64,000 nucleotides of DNA from Paraspadella gotoi (Eukaryota; Animalia; Chaetognatha), in NCBI GenBank assembly GCA_051294375.1, contig CM119263.1:11182703-11246702 (forward strand). The letters run 5' to 3'. Each line of letters starts with the position of its first letter. The first letter of the stretch is position 1. Both the position numbers and the translations under genes were made by a program. Shown piece after piece: positions 23,946 to 37,800 of this stretch. The notes beneath the pieces were generated by a model, which worked only from the letters and a program-made list of their open reading frames with translations, was not told the origin of the DNA and ran no database searches.

Positions 23946-25993
23946 AGCACTGGGGAAAAACGGTAACGCGAATTGCATTGAATGTGACCAACAGAAAGAC
24001 TGGCCAAAAAAAAAAAAAAAAACAAGAAAAAAACACCCTTAACAATATTCATAGTCGCGTCTAGGAAAAGGAAGAGAGCCTTCCTATGTTCGAGATGCAA
24101 AGTATATCTGGACAAAAGGCTTTTCGGAAGGCGACGCGGTCTGATGGCGCAGGAAGAAAAGATTGCTGTGACGAGGGAAAACACGATTAAGAGGAAGAAG
24201 GGCGAACCAAGGAAAGGGAATCAAGGGGGTGGGGGCCCTGGGGGGTGAGAGGGGGGTCGAAAGGGCGGGAGGGAAGTTAAGTAGATGGATTTGCAAAGAA
24301 AAAAAAACCGTGACTGCTCCAATAGAGTACTGAGGTTTCAAAATAATTCTCTTTTTGAAGTTCTGACAATTCAGGTTCGTCAGCCTCCGCCGGCGCCACT
24401 CTTCCGCCAGCTCCATCTCTTGTCACGTCGACGACTTAATTTCCAGTTTTTCCCACGAGACAGCCGAGGCGAATCCGCACTAAACGAGGCTCATTCAGAT
24501 GCGCGTACTTGGTCGAGAAGATTCGGAAATAAGTTGCAGGCATTTACATGTGAAAGAACTCACTTTTGCTAAAAAAAAAGTCATCGGAAATAAAGAAAGA
24601 AAAAAAGACGGGAAGAGATGGAAGGCAAGGGAGAATGTGACAGACTGAGATTAAGGAATTTATTATTAAAACCCGAGAGAATCACAGGATTTTTCAAGAA
24701 AGTGCTGAAAATCAATCATGTGTCGTGTTTTTCCTCGCCGTTTCTTAACAAAATTTTGTAGTATTTTAGTAAAAATTGAGACAAAGCCAAAGGATGATGA
24801 CTTCCAGCGGACTTTCTTTTCCAACTACAATCCCCTTGGATGAAACGAACTAAGGAAAGACAGGCAGCGTGTCTTAGGCGTCTTCTCCAAAACTTTCAAC
24901 TTTCTGAAAGAAAAGGGAGCTTTTCCAATATAACGGGAGCGATCACAATAGCTTGAGCCGCCTTCTGTGGATGCAGGTGTTGCCTCTCTTAACTTCTTTT
25001 TCATCATTCTACCACTTTTAGGCCAATTAATTTTATGGTCAAATTTTCTCCCACCTCAATTTTGAGAGAGATTTTTCATTGTTTTTAGTTTCGCTTGAAA
25101 TATCATTACTACTGTTTCGCTCGGAAGAAACTCTGTATTTACGAGTTTCTGATGGAATATTTACTGTACAATAAAGTCTTTTATTCGCAACTTTTCTCTT
25201 GGAAACTCACGTTGATCACTACCGCGGGGGTGACGACACAATGATATCTTTAGAGCCTGTGAAAGGTCGTTGCTGCCAAGGGCAGAATATTGGAATAGAT
25301 TTGTGTAGTCCTAACAATCTTGACCATGCTTACAAATTTGTATTCAATTATTATTACATTTACCCATAAAAACGATTTTTTAAATTTAGTCCCAAAAGAG
25401 TTGGACATCCCTTTACTTAAATGGCTTTGTTTTGCTTAATATCATTGGGGAAATAAAATTTCAAACGTGTGAAACCGAAAAATGAATATTTGTTTCATAA
25501 TTTCGTCACGCTGCGGCGCGGTGTACCGCGGTGCGCTGCGCCACGTCGCGCTGCCTCGTTCCCATATCGTCCCGTCGTCGCAGCGGTGATTTTATTTATT
25601 TTCGTTCCTCCGACAAAAGGAAATGGTGCGCTTCGGTTCCGATATTAAAAAAAATCCAATGTGTTCCAATAAAACGGAAAGAGAAACATAGATAGAGTGG
25701 TCCGTCTGTCAGAGAGACGGGAAGACGTACCGACAAACCATTTTGCTATCTGAAACTCAAGGAAATAAAAACGATATCCGTTGGTAAGGTATATTCTTAA
25801 TTTAATAAATAAGTATGAGGCCAAATTAAAGCTTCAGCGTATTTTAGATATCTCTCATAAATAATTTCAGACAGAAAAAAACATTAATTTTTATATAATT
25901 ACTCTGATGCCTTTTTAGTATGCGACGGAAGCCTGGATGAAAAAAGGAGAAATCCCCGACTTCACAATGGCTATGATTCGAGGCCTTTGGGAG

Positions 25994-26074
<81 letters not shown>

Positions 26075-26795
26075 GAGAGAAATTGTTTTTTTTTCCTCCC
26101 GCAGACGAAAGAATAAGATGTGACCGGAATGAGAGGAATAAATGTGCGAAGGGACTAGGGGGGGGGGAGGGTGATAATCGCCACGGTTGAAGAGTCGTAA
26201 TAAGAAGATAGAAAGAAAGAATGAAATGAGATTTGGAGAATGGAAATTGGGGAAATCTAATGGAGAAATATGTGAATTGTGAAAGGGTGAGTTTTTCGAG
26301 ATTTTTATTTGTTCAATTGAGGATAATTATGGATTTCGGTATCAGTGGTCTTTGATAAGTCATTGACGGCGCAAGACGGACTGATAGCGCACGGTAGCCT
26401 GTCAACGCTAGGCAGTCCGCCGATTGGACGGCGCGAGAACAGGAACCAGATCGTATCAAAGGGTGAAAGACACTTTGTCGAGAGGATCAAAAGTTGACGG
26501 CTCGTCATGGTCAACGTGTGACGGGTTTGTGAGGGGGAGGGGATCAAGATATGACGACTCCCGAAGGGTGAAAGCTTTTGGCTATAGATAGTGAGATGAG
26601 GGAAATAAAAGGGGAGTTCGATGCCGGGAGAAGGGTGAAGGCCGAGAGAGTAGAAACATCGGAAAAAAGTTTTCGAGGTCATCGGTATAACTTCGTTAAT
26701 GTATTTTGAAAATCGAGGGGGAAGACGGAAGTCTGACTAGAAAGCAGCACACAATAAAGGTAGTCCTACCAAAAAGCCACAAGGGAAGGAGAGAA

Positions 26796-26845
<50 letters not shown>

Positions 26846-28775
26846 GATAAAGAAAGAGGCAATAAAGCCTCATGAGCGGATCGAGGGTCGAAAAGGCGGC
26901 AGAGGTGTCAAAGGAAGTGTCAAAGGACGTGAGGTCACGTCTTTGGAGCGGACGTGTAAAAGGTCGAGGGAAAAGAAGCGAAGATATCTCTACTCTTAGT
27001 AGGAGCCTTTCAAGTTAGAAAAAAAATTCTTTATCAAGTGAAAATGAAAATTGTAACAGAAAAGGCAAAAAGAGTCCTTTCCACTGAGAAGTAAGTTCCT
27101 CCGAAAAAGGCCAGAGATCACGGGAAAAGAGTTCACCAAGGTCATAAGAATCCACGAATGAATCGCACGTGAACGTCAGCGGAAAGAGATAGCGAGGGAA
27201 AGGTCGAATGTCACAGTTCAAAGGTCAACGTAGCGAAAAATTCGGACGGAAGAGAACGGGACGTTTGTGTTTGGTTCTGGCAAAGATAAGAGTAGAACCG
27301 GGGGTGAGGTGAAAGGGTGAGGGAGAACCGTGGAATAGGAATGAGTTTTTGGGTATTTTATCGTTCTGAACATATGAGCAACACAGTTAGTTTTTACCCA
27401 ACCTAATTTTCATTGACTACTTCGATTCAAAACAGTTTCGACTTTCCCCAGAGTCACGTTTCCCTCGGTCGGTCGCCATCGAAAAATCGATCCATCGCCG
27501 ACGCACCCCATTTCCGCGGAATAAATTCTCGTCACAAACGCTTCCAGTAACGAATCGAATCGCGATGGCCGTCAGCGCCCAAATGGTTCTCTTTGCGATT
27601 TTCCCTTAAGTTTGACGATCGATGTCCCGGATAAAAAATCACCCGCCCCCCTTTTTTTCACCCCCACCTCCCACAATCCCCCGAAGGCCCACGGAATCGT
27701 TCGATCTTTTCGGCCGCCGGCGTCGAATCGTTCGATCGTCGTTTCGCCAGCAAATCGTCACCCGCAGGGCGCAGGCGCCAAAATCGATCCAAGATTCTTT
27801 TCTCTTTCTTCGAGCCTCTTATGTAGCGACGGATCTCCTTCACGAGATTCCTTTTCGGGTCATTAGGCGAAAGGAAAAAGCCGAGGGGTAAAAAAAAAAA
27901 CGTTTGAAAAGCGATTTAAGTCCGGACTAATGGACCGCGGAGTCGTTGATGTGTCGAGATCTCGAAAGAAGCGTGGAAAAAAAAGGGGATGAAAGGAGAG
28001 AAAGGATGGTGGTGGGGGGGGGGGAAGAGAAGGAAGAGAATCGATTGGGCGGCAGGCGTTTGTTTACTATCGTCGGCTTGTTTGGGCGGGAGGACGAAAA
28101 ATGTTATCGAGCGAAGGATCGCGTGAACTCGGGGACGTTTCTCTGTCCGGAGGGGCACGTCGGCTGAAGTTCTTTGATCGTGATTTGAGGAAGGGTTTTA
28201 TATGGCGTTTTACGTGCGTGACAAAACGTATAGTCACGTATATAAAAACCGATTGATGACGACCGAATGATTGAATAAGGTGGAAAGAAAGAGATAATAG
28301 AAAAAGAAGTCGTTCGATGAAGAGAGGAAGACGGAAGGAATCGAGATAGCATAAAAAATGGAACGACTTATGTGTGATACACTGAAAATAATAAAAAAAA
28401 AAGAAACGAGTTATAATGCTTTGTTGGACGTACGTTAAAATGATTTAAGAAAATAAGAAGCGGTCCGTAATGGTATTAGTAGTTATATATTATCATAAGA
28501 TTTAAAAATAATAAAATATTCGAACGGTAGTGATAAAAAAAGGGGAAAAAAACGATAATACGTAGAGGGAATGCGGTTGGCGACGATAAAGAGTTAAAAA
28601 AAAGGAATAAATAATAGAATGAGATAAATAGAAAAAAATGGTCGAAGACGACGAGGAGAAGAAAAGAGAAGGTAAAAATATGAAAAGTGGTCGGTTGGTC
28701 GCTCTTAAATAAATCCTCATAACGAATAGACAGAGGACGGCGAAGATTACGACTTACGAGGACCACGAATGCGAC

Positions 28776-28865
28776 GAATAGAATAGAATAGAATAGAATA
28801 GAATAGAATAGAATAGAATAGAATAGAATAGAATAGAATAGAATAGAATAGAATAGAATAGAATA
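28776..28865. repeat. (GAATA)n pentanucleotide microsatellite, ~18 units
   Basis: Read directly from the sequence. Confidence 0.97.
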
Positions 28866-31041
28866 GAAAACGATTAAAACGACAGTAAACGGACGTGATA
28901 TGTTATTAATCCTGATTTATAACCCTTACAGATTGAGAATTGGACGAGGTGGAAAAGGCAAATTCTAATTAATGGATTTTCTCTCGAGATAGAAACGGAA
29001 AACTGCTCATGTAAAATGAAAATAAATTATGACGCATTGTTAACTCAAATAACTCTAATAACTATAAAATTTTAAAATCCTCCTTCAAAATATCTCAAGG
29101 AGTCCTTCAAAAATTCCAATATCGTTCGAAAAAAAATAAATGAAGAAAAATCCTTATCGGATGCCGAATATTTGAGGGAAAGGGTTTGGGATTAGGAAAA
29201 AAAAAACATTCTAAAAGAAATTATTATAAACATAGTCAAGTATACGATAGACAGCCGGACAAAATGTGTCTTGCTGCATTCGCTATCCCTAAAAAGGGGG
29301 AGGGAGCGGAGGTGAATGTCCCGGCCTGAAACGCTAAGTGGAAAGCAAATTCAACACCCCGGGGTTGAAGCCTGATTCGCAAACGAAACATGAGCACACA
29401 AATCGGAGGGGAAAAAAATCTCCGAATGAATAAACAGCTTTTTTTCTTTGCGCGTGTCGCACGACCAGAGAGACTCGTTCAATGCGCTTTTTTTCCCAAA
29501 ACGAGTAAATGTGGAAATTTTTAAAGAAATGAAGCTTCGACATGACGAAAAAAAGAATATTTCATTGTTTGTACGACGACGATGGGGATGATGGCACGAG
29601 TGTCTTAAGGTGCTAGGTAACATCCCAGATGGAATCACAATGGAATCGGATCCGCGACAAGGATGAAATCCGACGAGAGCTCTCTGATTGGACGAATCGC
29701 CGACGGAACCAACCAATGAAGAGAATGGTAAAATGGTAAAATGGTAAAATGAAAGGTCAACGCTGAGAGAAAATTACAAAAATTCGGTTGAGAATGAGCG
29801 GCTAGAGCTACAGAGGCATTTTGTTGTGTAGGCGTATGTGAGGGAAAATTTGGAGAGAAAACGGAAGAAATTTAATAGTCTCCTAAGTAGATAGAAGAAA
29901 CAGAATATAAAAATCAAAATTTAATGAAAATTAATTATTAATCTAGATTTAGATTCATGAGACTTTATAATCTGAGCCCGTCACTTGCCAAGAGGTCGGA
30001 GAAGAGACCGAAACGGCGGCGAAGGCAGAAGATATAGACGGGAAGTAAGGCCAAATTATGAGCGGGAAAGCGGGACTCTATGTGCGACCAAACAGAAATG
30101 AAAAGGGGAGTCCGGGAGAGAAACCGGATGTGAGTCGAGGAGGCGTGACGCGTCGAGGGAATGAAGATGGATCCCAGAAAATCTTTCACACGGAGGCCTT
30201 CATAGTTCATACAATATTTTTTTTCATCCAAACTTTTTTTTCCCTCTCCTTTTCTTTTTTCCCCCCCTTCCTCGATTTTATTTTTTTCATTCTATTATTC
30301 CATATTTTTTTCTCATTCACTTTTACTCCTATCAACGTTCCCTGTTCTTCCTGGGTTCCTTGATCTTTGCTTTTGCAAAACCCCATGGAATCTCGATAGG
30401 AGGAAGCCGAGGGGAAAATTGATGTCTTTGATGAAAATGGAAGCGAAGGAAAATTGAGTTTTATCACGTGATCGTAATTTATATTCGCGGGGAAAATCCG
30501 GGAAACTTGAGAATAATTCAATGAAAGTAAAAAAACAAAAATTCTTGGACAACTCTTTTTTCATCAGTAGTAAATTTTCAAAAAGGAAGTAATTGAAAAA
30601 ACATGTTCCAGAAATCAAAATCAGAGTGATAACATAATCATATCGAACCTATAGATTTCCATAGTTGTCATTCTGATTTACTGAGTGTCGTTTTTTTGGT
30701 CTTGACTTGCCAGCTAATAATTCTATTTCATAAAAAGAACTAAAAAATTCGAAATATATAGCGCTGATTTAACAAAATAAATTGATAAACGCTTATTATT
30801 TTTTTTTTCAGAGGCCACAATCCAGATGCTTCTTTCTCAAACCCTTCCATTCGTTCGCAGCTGCGACCACAATCGCTCTGCAGACCTGCAGCAGGAAACA
30901 ATCGTCTTTCTCTCTGTTTCTCGCTTTTCTCCCTTCTCTGTCTCAACTTAATTTCCTTTCGCGTTCCGGGAGTAAGGGCATTTCAAGCCCACCTCGTGTA
31001 CTTTTGCCGTTTGGCCGTCTCTTTCCTTAACTGGAGAGGAG

Positions 31042-34000
31042 NNNNNNNNNNNNNNNNNNNNNNNNNNNNNNNNNNNNNNNNNNNNNNNNNNNNNNNNNNN
31101 NNNNNNNNNNNNNNNNNNNNNNNNNNNNNNNNNNNNNNNNNNNNNNNNNNNNNNNNNNNNNNNNNNNNNNNNNNNNNNNNNNNNNNNNNNNNNNNNNNNN
31201 NNNNNNNNNNNNNNNNNNNNNNNNNNNNNNNNNNNNNNNNNNNNNNNNNNNNNNNNNNNNNNNNNNNNNNNNNNNNNNNNNNNNNNNNNNNNNNNNNNNN
31301 NNNNNNNNNNNNNNNNNNNNNNNNNNNNNNNNNNNNNNNNNNNNNNNNNNNNNNNNNNNNNNNNNNNNNNNNNNNNNNNNNNNNNNNNNNNNNNNNNNNN
31401 NNNNNNNNNNNNNNNNNNNNNNNNNNNNNNNNNNNNNNNNNNNNNNNNNNNNNNNNNNNNNNNNNNNNNNNNNNNNNNNNNNNNNNNNNNNNNNNNNNNN
31501 NNNNNNNNNNNNNNNAACGAACAATGAACCCGTAAACAACATTGAATAAAAAAAATAAAAAAAACAATCTTACATCTAACACGCGTAAAGAGAAAACAAC
31601 AAAAAAACCCAAAAAAGTTGGAAGCATTTTGTTTTCGCGTCAGATGTTAAGTTGAATTTGAAAGGAGACACCGTTNNNNNNNNNNNNNNNNNNNNNNNNN
31701 NNNNNNNNNNNNNNNNNNNNNNNNNNNNNNNNNNNNNNNNNNNNNNNNNNNNNNNNNNNNNNNNNNNNNNNNNNNNNNNNNNNNNNNNNNNNNNNNNNNN
31801 NNNNNNNNNNNNNNNNNNNNNNNNNNNNNNNNNNNNNNNNNNNNNNNNNNNNNNNNNNNNNNNNNNNNNNNNNNNNNNNNNNNNNNNNNNNNNNNNNNNN
31901 NNNNNNNNNNNNNNNNNNNNNNNNNNNNNNNNNNNNNNNNNNNNNNNNNNNNNNNNNNNNNNNNNNNNNNNNNNNNNNNNNNNNNNNNNNNNNNNNNNNN
32001 NNNNNNNNNNNNNNNNNNNNNAAAAAAAGGGGGAATTTATTGGCTTGCCTCATAACTCTTTTTAAAAAATCCGTAATTTGACTTTTATTGTTTTTAACAA
32101 GTAACAATCCAATCGAATTCTGAATTCGGATTCATCATAGTTGTTAAATATATAGTATATTGAATATATATTATATACGTTAAGCTATGTGTTTAGGTTG
32201 ACACTCTCGAGCTGCTTTTAATTTAAAAACAAAAAAGAGCGTGCATTTTTTTTTTCTGTAAGATTTTCAAAAGTCTTCCGGGTGACATGAATAAATTTTG
32301 GGACGTTTCATCCTTGGGAACAATGACAACCATCGATGTGACAGTTATATCTCCTGCGAGGTCGTTGTATTGGTTGTCATCCATATTGCTGTTGTCACCA
32401 GGTCAAAAATTATGGAGTCATCGTCGACAGAGACGGTGAGAGTCGAGTTGATGGAAATTCCCTCGAGACACAATTACCATTCAATTGAGAGGGAATGGTA
32501 GAAAGGAGGAAAGAGATTTATGGTCAGCGTTGGTCCGACGCCATTATTTCCCCTAGTCCTGAGAACAGAATGACCATTAACGGATAAGTGCACTCTATAT
32601 ATGAGTGGAACTAGAAAGAGGAAAAGAGAGAGAGAGAGAGAGAGAGNNNNNNNNNNNNNNNNNNNNNNNNNNNNNNNNNNNNNNNNNNNNNNNNNNNNNN
32701 NNNNNNNNNNNNNNNNNNNNNNNNNNNNNNNNNNNNNNNNNNNNNNNNNNNNNNNNNNNNNNNNNNNNNNNNNNGTAAAAAAACAGAAGGGATCAGGGAT
32801 GAAAAAAGAACAGAAAAATGGCGGCGCTCTATCAGTGTGTATGCAACTATCCAACTATGCAACTATGTATGCGAACTAGTAAATTTCCTAGAACTCTATT
32901 ATAACACTTACTTGAAGATGGCATTATAATGAGAACGTCAGTCGAGGTTAAGCGATCAACGAAAAGGTCATTGGCTATAATATAACTAATAACTTTCTCA
33001 AGATATTAGATTTAACCTTAACTCAAGTGCCACGATTCGCTCCTCGTCTCTTCCGCGTCGTCCAAGTGTTTCCAGAGATGGAATAAGAAAGAAGACTCAT
33101 ACATCTATTATTCAGTTGGTATTTAAAGCCGGAAAAAGAGGCAAAGCAGACGTCGCGACACGGAACAATAAAAAAACCCAGAAGTTTCCGCCCGATGCAT
33201 ACAACTTCTTTTTATACGGTCGAGACGAGAGAGACCAACCGGAGACTTGAAATTGGGGCGCGGTATATCGAAGAATTTCTATTTGGTAATTTTCGGAATT
33301 CTTGTTTTCAATAAGAAATTTCGAAAATGAAGTAAAAAAAACAAACAAACAAAAAAAACAACAAAAAACTGGTGGCATACAATGCAGTTATAACTTTAAA
33401 CTTTCAATGAAACGTACCAGAAACTGACAAACTGACGAAATGATTTAAAATGGTTACTAAATATCGCGTAACATTGTCCCATCAAATGTGAAGAAGCGAA
33501 GCCATTTTGCAAACGGAAGCTCTGCACTGGACCAAAGATTTTCTGTTTTGCGGTAGCAATGAAACTGTAAAATATTCAAGGCGATGCGAGCAACTTGGGG
33601 AAAGAAAACTGGGGTCTTTGTTATGATTTATGATCTTTTATTTACGAAATTTGACGTCTCGAATTCAAAGGACATTCACCCGGAAATCTGTTATGGCTCA
33701 AAATATATTTTTAATATTTTTTTTTTACTTTCATACGTTTCATAAACAATTTTATTGACAGAAAAATTGTCCAGCTTAATTTTTAAAAGCAGATTTGTTC
33801 GNNNNNNNNNNNNNNNNNNNNNNNNNNNNNNNNNNNNNNNNNNNNNNNNNNNNNNNNNNNNNNNNNNNNNNNNNNNNNNNNNNNNNNNNNNNNNNNNNNN
33901 NNNNNNNNNNNNNNNNNNNNNNNNNNNNNNNNNNNNNNNNNNNNNNNNNNNNNNNNNNNNNNNNNNNNNNNNNNNNNNNNNNNNNNNNNNNNNNNNNNNN

Positions 34001-34808
34001 NNNNNNNNNNNNNNNNNNNNNNNNNNNNNNNNNNNNNNNNNNNNNNNNNNNTTTAAAGCGGAAGAGAAATGGTCAAAAAAGGTCAGACTGGGTCAAAAAA
34101 GGTCGGACGAGAGGAGGAACAGAAAAGAAAATGTCGGACGGGAAAGGGAACGGGAAAAGGGAACGGGGAAAGGAAACAGAGAGCAATGATCAAGAGCAAT
34201 GATGGGATTTTGAAGCGAGAAAAAGATGAGGATTGGAAGAAGATGAATGAGGAAGAAGGAAAAAAGTAGAGGAAAGGAAAACAAAAGAAATGAGAGAAGG
34301 AAAGAAAGGGAATGAGGAACTGAAAGGATTCAGTGCTATAACATAAATCCTTGCCAACTGTCAAAAAAATTCAAAAAAACATAAATATCATTTTTTTTTA
34401 TTAAATTAACTGTGTCATGACAAAGTTGACTATTAGAAATTTTTCCCTAACGTGACTTCAATACTATACTTTGTTTCAATCCGACCTCATAAACGCTGTC
34501 TGCATCATCTGAACCATCATCATGCATCTCGTCAACGCCTTGAACGGCTCGATCCTTTCTTACTTCGCCTCCGCTCCTCTTCTCTTCTTCCTACAACTCG
34601 GCTTCGTCTCAAATCTCTTTTAAGTCTCAAACGGCTTTCCTCACAAAAATCCATTCCCCGCGTTGTTCCCCATTTAGCCCTTTCGTTTTGGCTCTCCTCT
34701 CCTCTCTTCTCCTCTCTATTCTTTTTTCGGCCTTTTTTTGAACTTATTTGTTTTTCCTTTTTTTTAAATTTCTTCTTTTAAATNNNNNNNNNNNNNNNNN
34801 NNNNNNNN
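31042..34808. other. Cluster of assembly gaps (31042-31515, 31676-32020, 32647-32773, 33802-34051, 34784-34808)
   Basis: Runs of N. Confidence 0.99.
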
Positions 34809-37800
34809 CTTTAATTTTCCAATACTCGATCAATTCCAGTTTTAACTGAATCTCATTAGGCCGCCTAGTCTTTAACGTACTCGAGAATATCCGCTTAATA
34901 ATCTTCACTCGCGCACGTGCGTGTACATCCCTCGTTCTCAAAGACCAGTTTAATCTACCTTTTTCTCCAGATTTAAGTTTTTTTCTCAACTTTTTCCTTC
35001 TTTTTTTTTTCAAAACTCGGACGTTTGAGCTTCCTTCACTTCGTTTCACAACGTTTGTGACCGAACATGATCGTGTCATTTGTCTATGACGCCTTAATTT
35101 TTATGTTTTCAGTTAAGAAGTTCTTTTTCGAGGGATATAAAATTTCAAATGTGAAGGCGAGTGTTAGTTTAGAAGAGTTGCATTTATGAAATTAGCATCC
35201 AAAAATGTATGATATTATATAGCATTCATTTATATAATATAAGTTATACCTTGGCTCCTGACTTATAACATCTGTTGGTGCGACAAATCTAGGTTGAATA
35301 AAAGAATCCAGTGTAAATGCGTTTTCCCCCTCTGCGAGAAAGAAGTCAATTATTGTGTTTATCTTTTTTTCAGTCAAAAACATTTCTAGCCTTGTTTAGA
35401 TCCGTTTAGTCATTTGCGTTCGCTTCACGTTCAATTCCTCTTTTATAGTAGCCTCTTTTTGGTCTTCAAGAGAAACAGAGGGAAAGCGAAACAATTCTCA
35501 CGTGAGCACGGAACAAATGATAAGTAAAGCAAAACCAGCCTGAGGGGAAGAGAACAATGATGTGAACATTCGCGACCCATGTAAAATGAGTGCGAGTCCG
35601 AGAAAATTCAATTTACACTAGTCTTGGGTTCGACATCAGCGAGTGAAAATCTTTATAATAAAAATGCCCTTTTTTTTTTCCATTGATCTCAATTATTTTT
35701 ACAAATCCCACAGTTGTAACGTACGTCTCAACCTGCTATACTTAATTAAATATCCATGCTGCTTATGTTTGCTTTGGAACTATGAGGGAAAGAAAATAAT
35801 GAGCCAAAACAATAACTTGAAACAACCGAAATCTGAATTGAAATTTAACAAAGCCTAAAAAGGCCTTCACTGAAAAAGCCACGTTCAAACTTTTTCGAGT
35901 TTTGGCACGCATTTGTTTTTGAATTTTTTACAAGAATCAGACGCCACCTTTGGCCGGTGGGACTAAAACTAAACAAAACAAAAGACACAACGCAATTAAA
36001 GATAAAACTGCGACAAACTTAGCAGACAGAAGATTTTTCACTGCAGTCGACTTCTTTAGGATTATTTAATTTCTATGCCTGTTTACTACTACTACGTTAC
36101 TACTACTAGAATAATCATAACTCTCTCTCTCTCCTTCTCTACTCTCTCTCTCTCTCTCTCTCATCAGCGTCTCGCGCTCTCTATTCCGCAACTCGAGGTT
36201 GAGCATCTCTGTTGTATTGATTTCTCTCCGACGGTTTGAGTTTTAATTGAGCCCTCTCCGGCTCAAACCGGACCAACTTTCCTCCGCGCGCCTCTCGAGC
36301 GACGGTGAAGGACAAACAACGACGACGAACGGACGACCTGGAAGGAGAAAAACCGCTAGGGCAATAAATCGCAACACCGTGGGTAAACGGGGGCGCTGGC
36401 GATGTCGAGCGTAACCGCGACAACAACAACGACCGAACAAGCAGGGAAGAGGTTATTCCCGATGCTGAGACGGGAAACTATTTGAGGAAGAAGCGAGGTT
36501 CGGCGTCGCCACCGAAATGATATATGACGAGTCTTTTGTAGCAACCCGTATGTCTCCCTGTTCGATCCGATCGTTCACGTCCCCGGTTTCCCCGTCTCGT
36601 CGTCCGTACGTCCTCCTCGACGTCGTCGTCGTCGTTTTCGACGACTTCTTTCCTTGTTATCTCAACATTTTTCCCGCGATTTTGTTGTTAATTAAACACT
36701 GGCTGAAAAAAAGTCATTAATATTAAAAGTAGGATTCGAGTTAACAAGGGCGATTTAAAAATTGGTATATTAAAAATATGATTGAAATTATTATTGATTA
36801 TGAATGTAATTAGAAGGTACGATAAGGAAGGAGGTGGGATTTTTATCGATCGATTGATGTTGGTTAATTTTGTTTATATATTTTACAATTTGGTTAATCC
36901 ATCAATTCATCATGAAGTAATCTGATTGAACTTCTATTTCGATTATTCCCGATCGTGACAGCATTCACCTTTAAATGTTAGTAGTAGTAAGTAAAGAAAT
37001 TCCTTTCCTGCTATTTTTCCGCTTTTTAAAACTGAAAAAAGTGTCGAGATTAGATATAAAAAGATGAGGAAGATGAAAGTAAACAAAGATTAAATAAAGT
37101 CGCGCTCGCGTGAGAAAAATCTGGATCAAAAGAGAAGAGAAACAGAAAATGAAGGCATTTTAGATGGAATTTTATGAGATTATGGAATAAATCGTTCTTA
37201 TCTCAAATAGTACAAAGAGAATGGTGATGGAATCTGGAAAGATTGAATAGAGACAAACCGCATCGATAACATCATTCTGCCGCGTGGTCTCTCTCTCTCT
37301 CTCCTTCAACCTTAATATACTTCAACATCTCAATCTGTGAGCCATCTTCTTACTACAGTCCTTCGTTATCTCTTCTACTCTTCTCTCTCTGGCCATCTCT
37401 TCGCCTTCCATTTTCCCACTCTACTCATCTTCTGCTGTTCTCCCTCAGCTGTTCTCTTGCTCTTTTTTATTAAGGATCTTCTCCTCTCTACTGGTATCTC
37501 TTGACCTTTCGTCCGACTCGTCACCTTCATTTCTCCATTACCGTTACCGGCTTCTCGAGCCAATTAAAAGGTTCTCTTCTGACACTACAGTTAATAAACA
37601 ACAATACTTACCCTCCTTTCTACCCCTACGGCACCTTCCCTAATCCACCTTACTTTCCTCCCGTCTAGTCCACCTCTTCCCCCCGCTTTCCTTCCTCGAT
37701 AATACAGGTCCTCTCAATGAACGCGAACAAACATCCTATATCTCAACCATCTTTTTTTTCTTTCTTTCTTTACGTGTTTTATCATTCTTTCTCTTTTATC

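Noticed and set aside
30983-34202. ORFs containing runs of X
   Set aside because: They are open only because they cross N-gaps.
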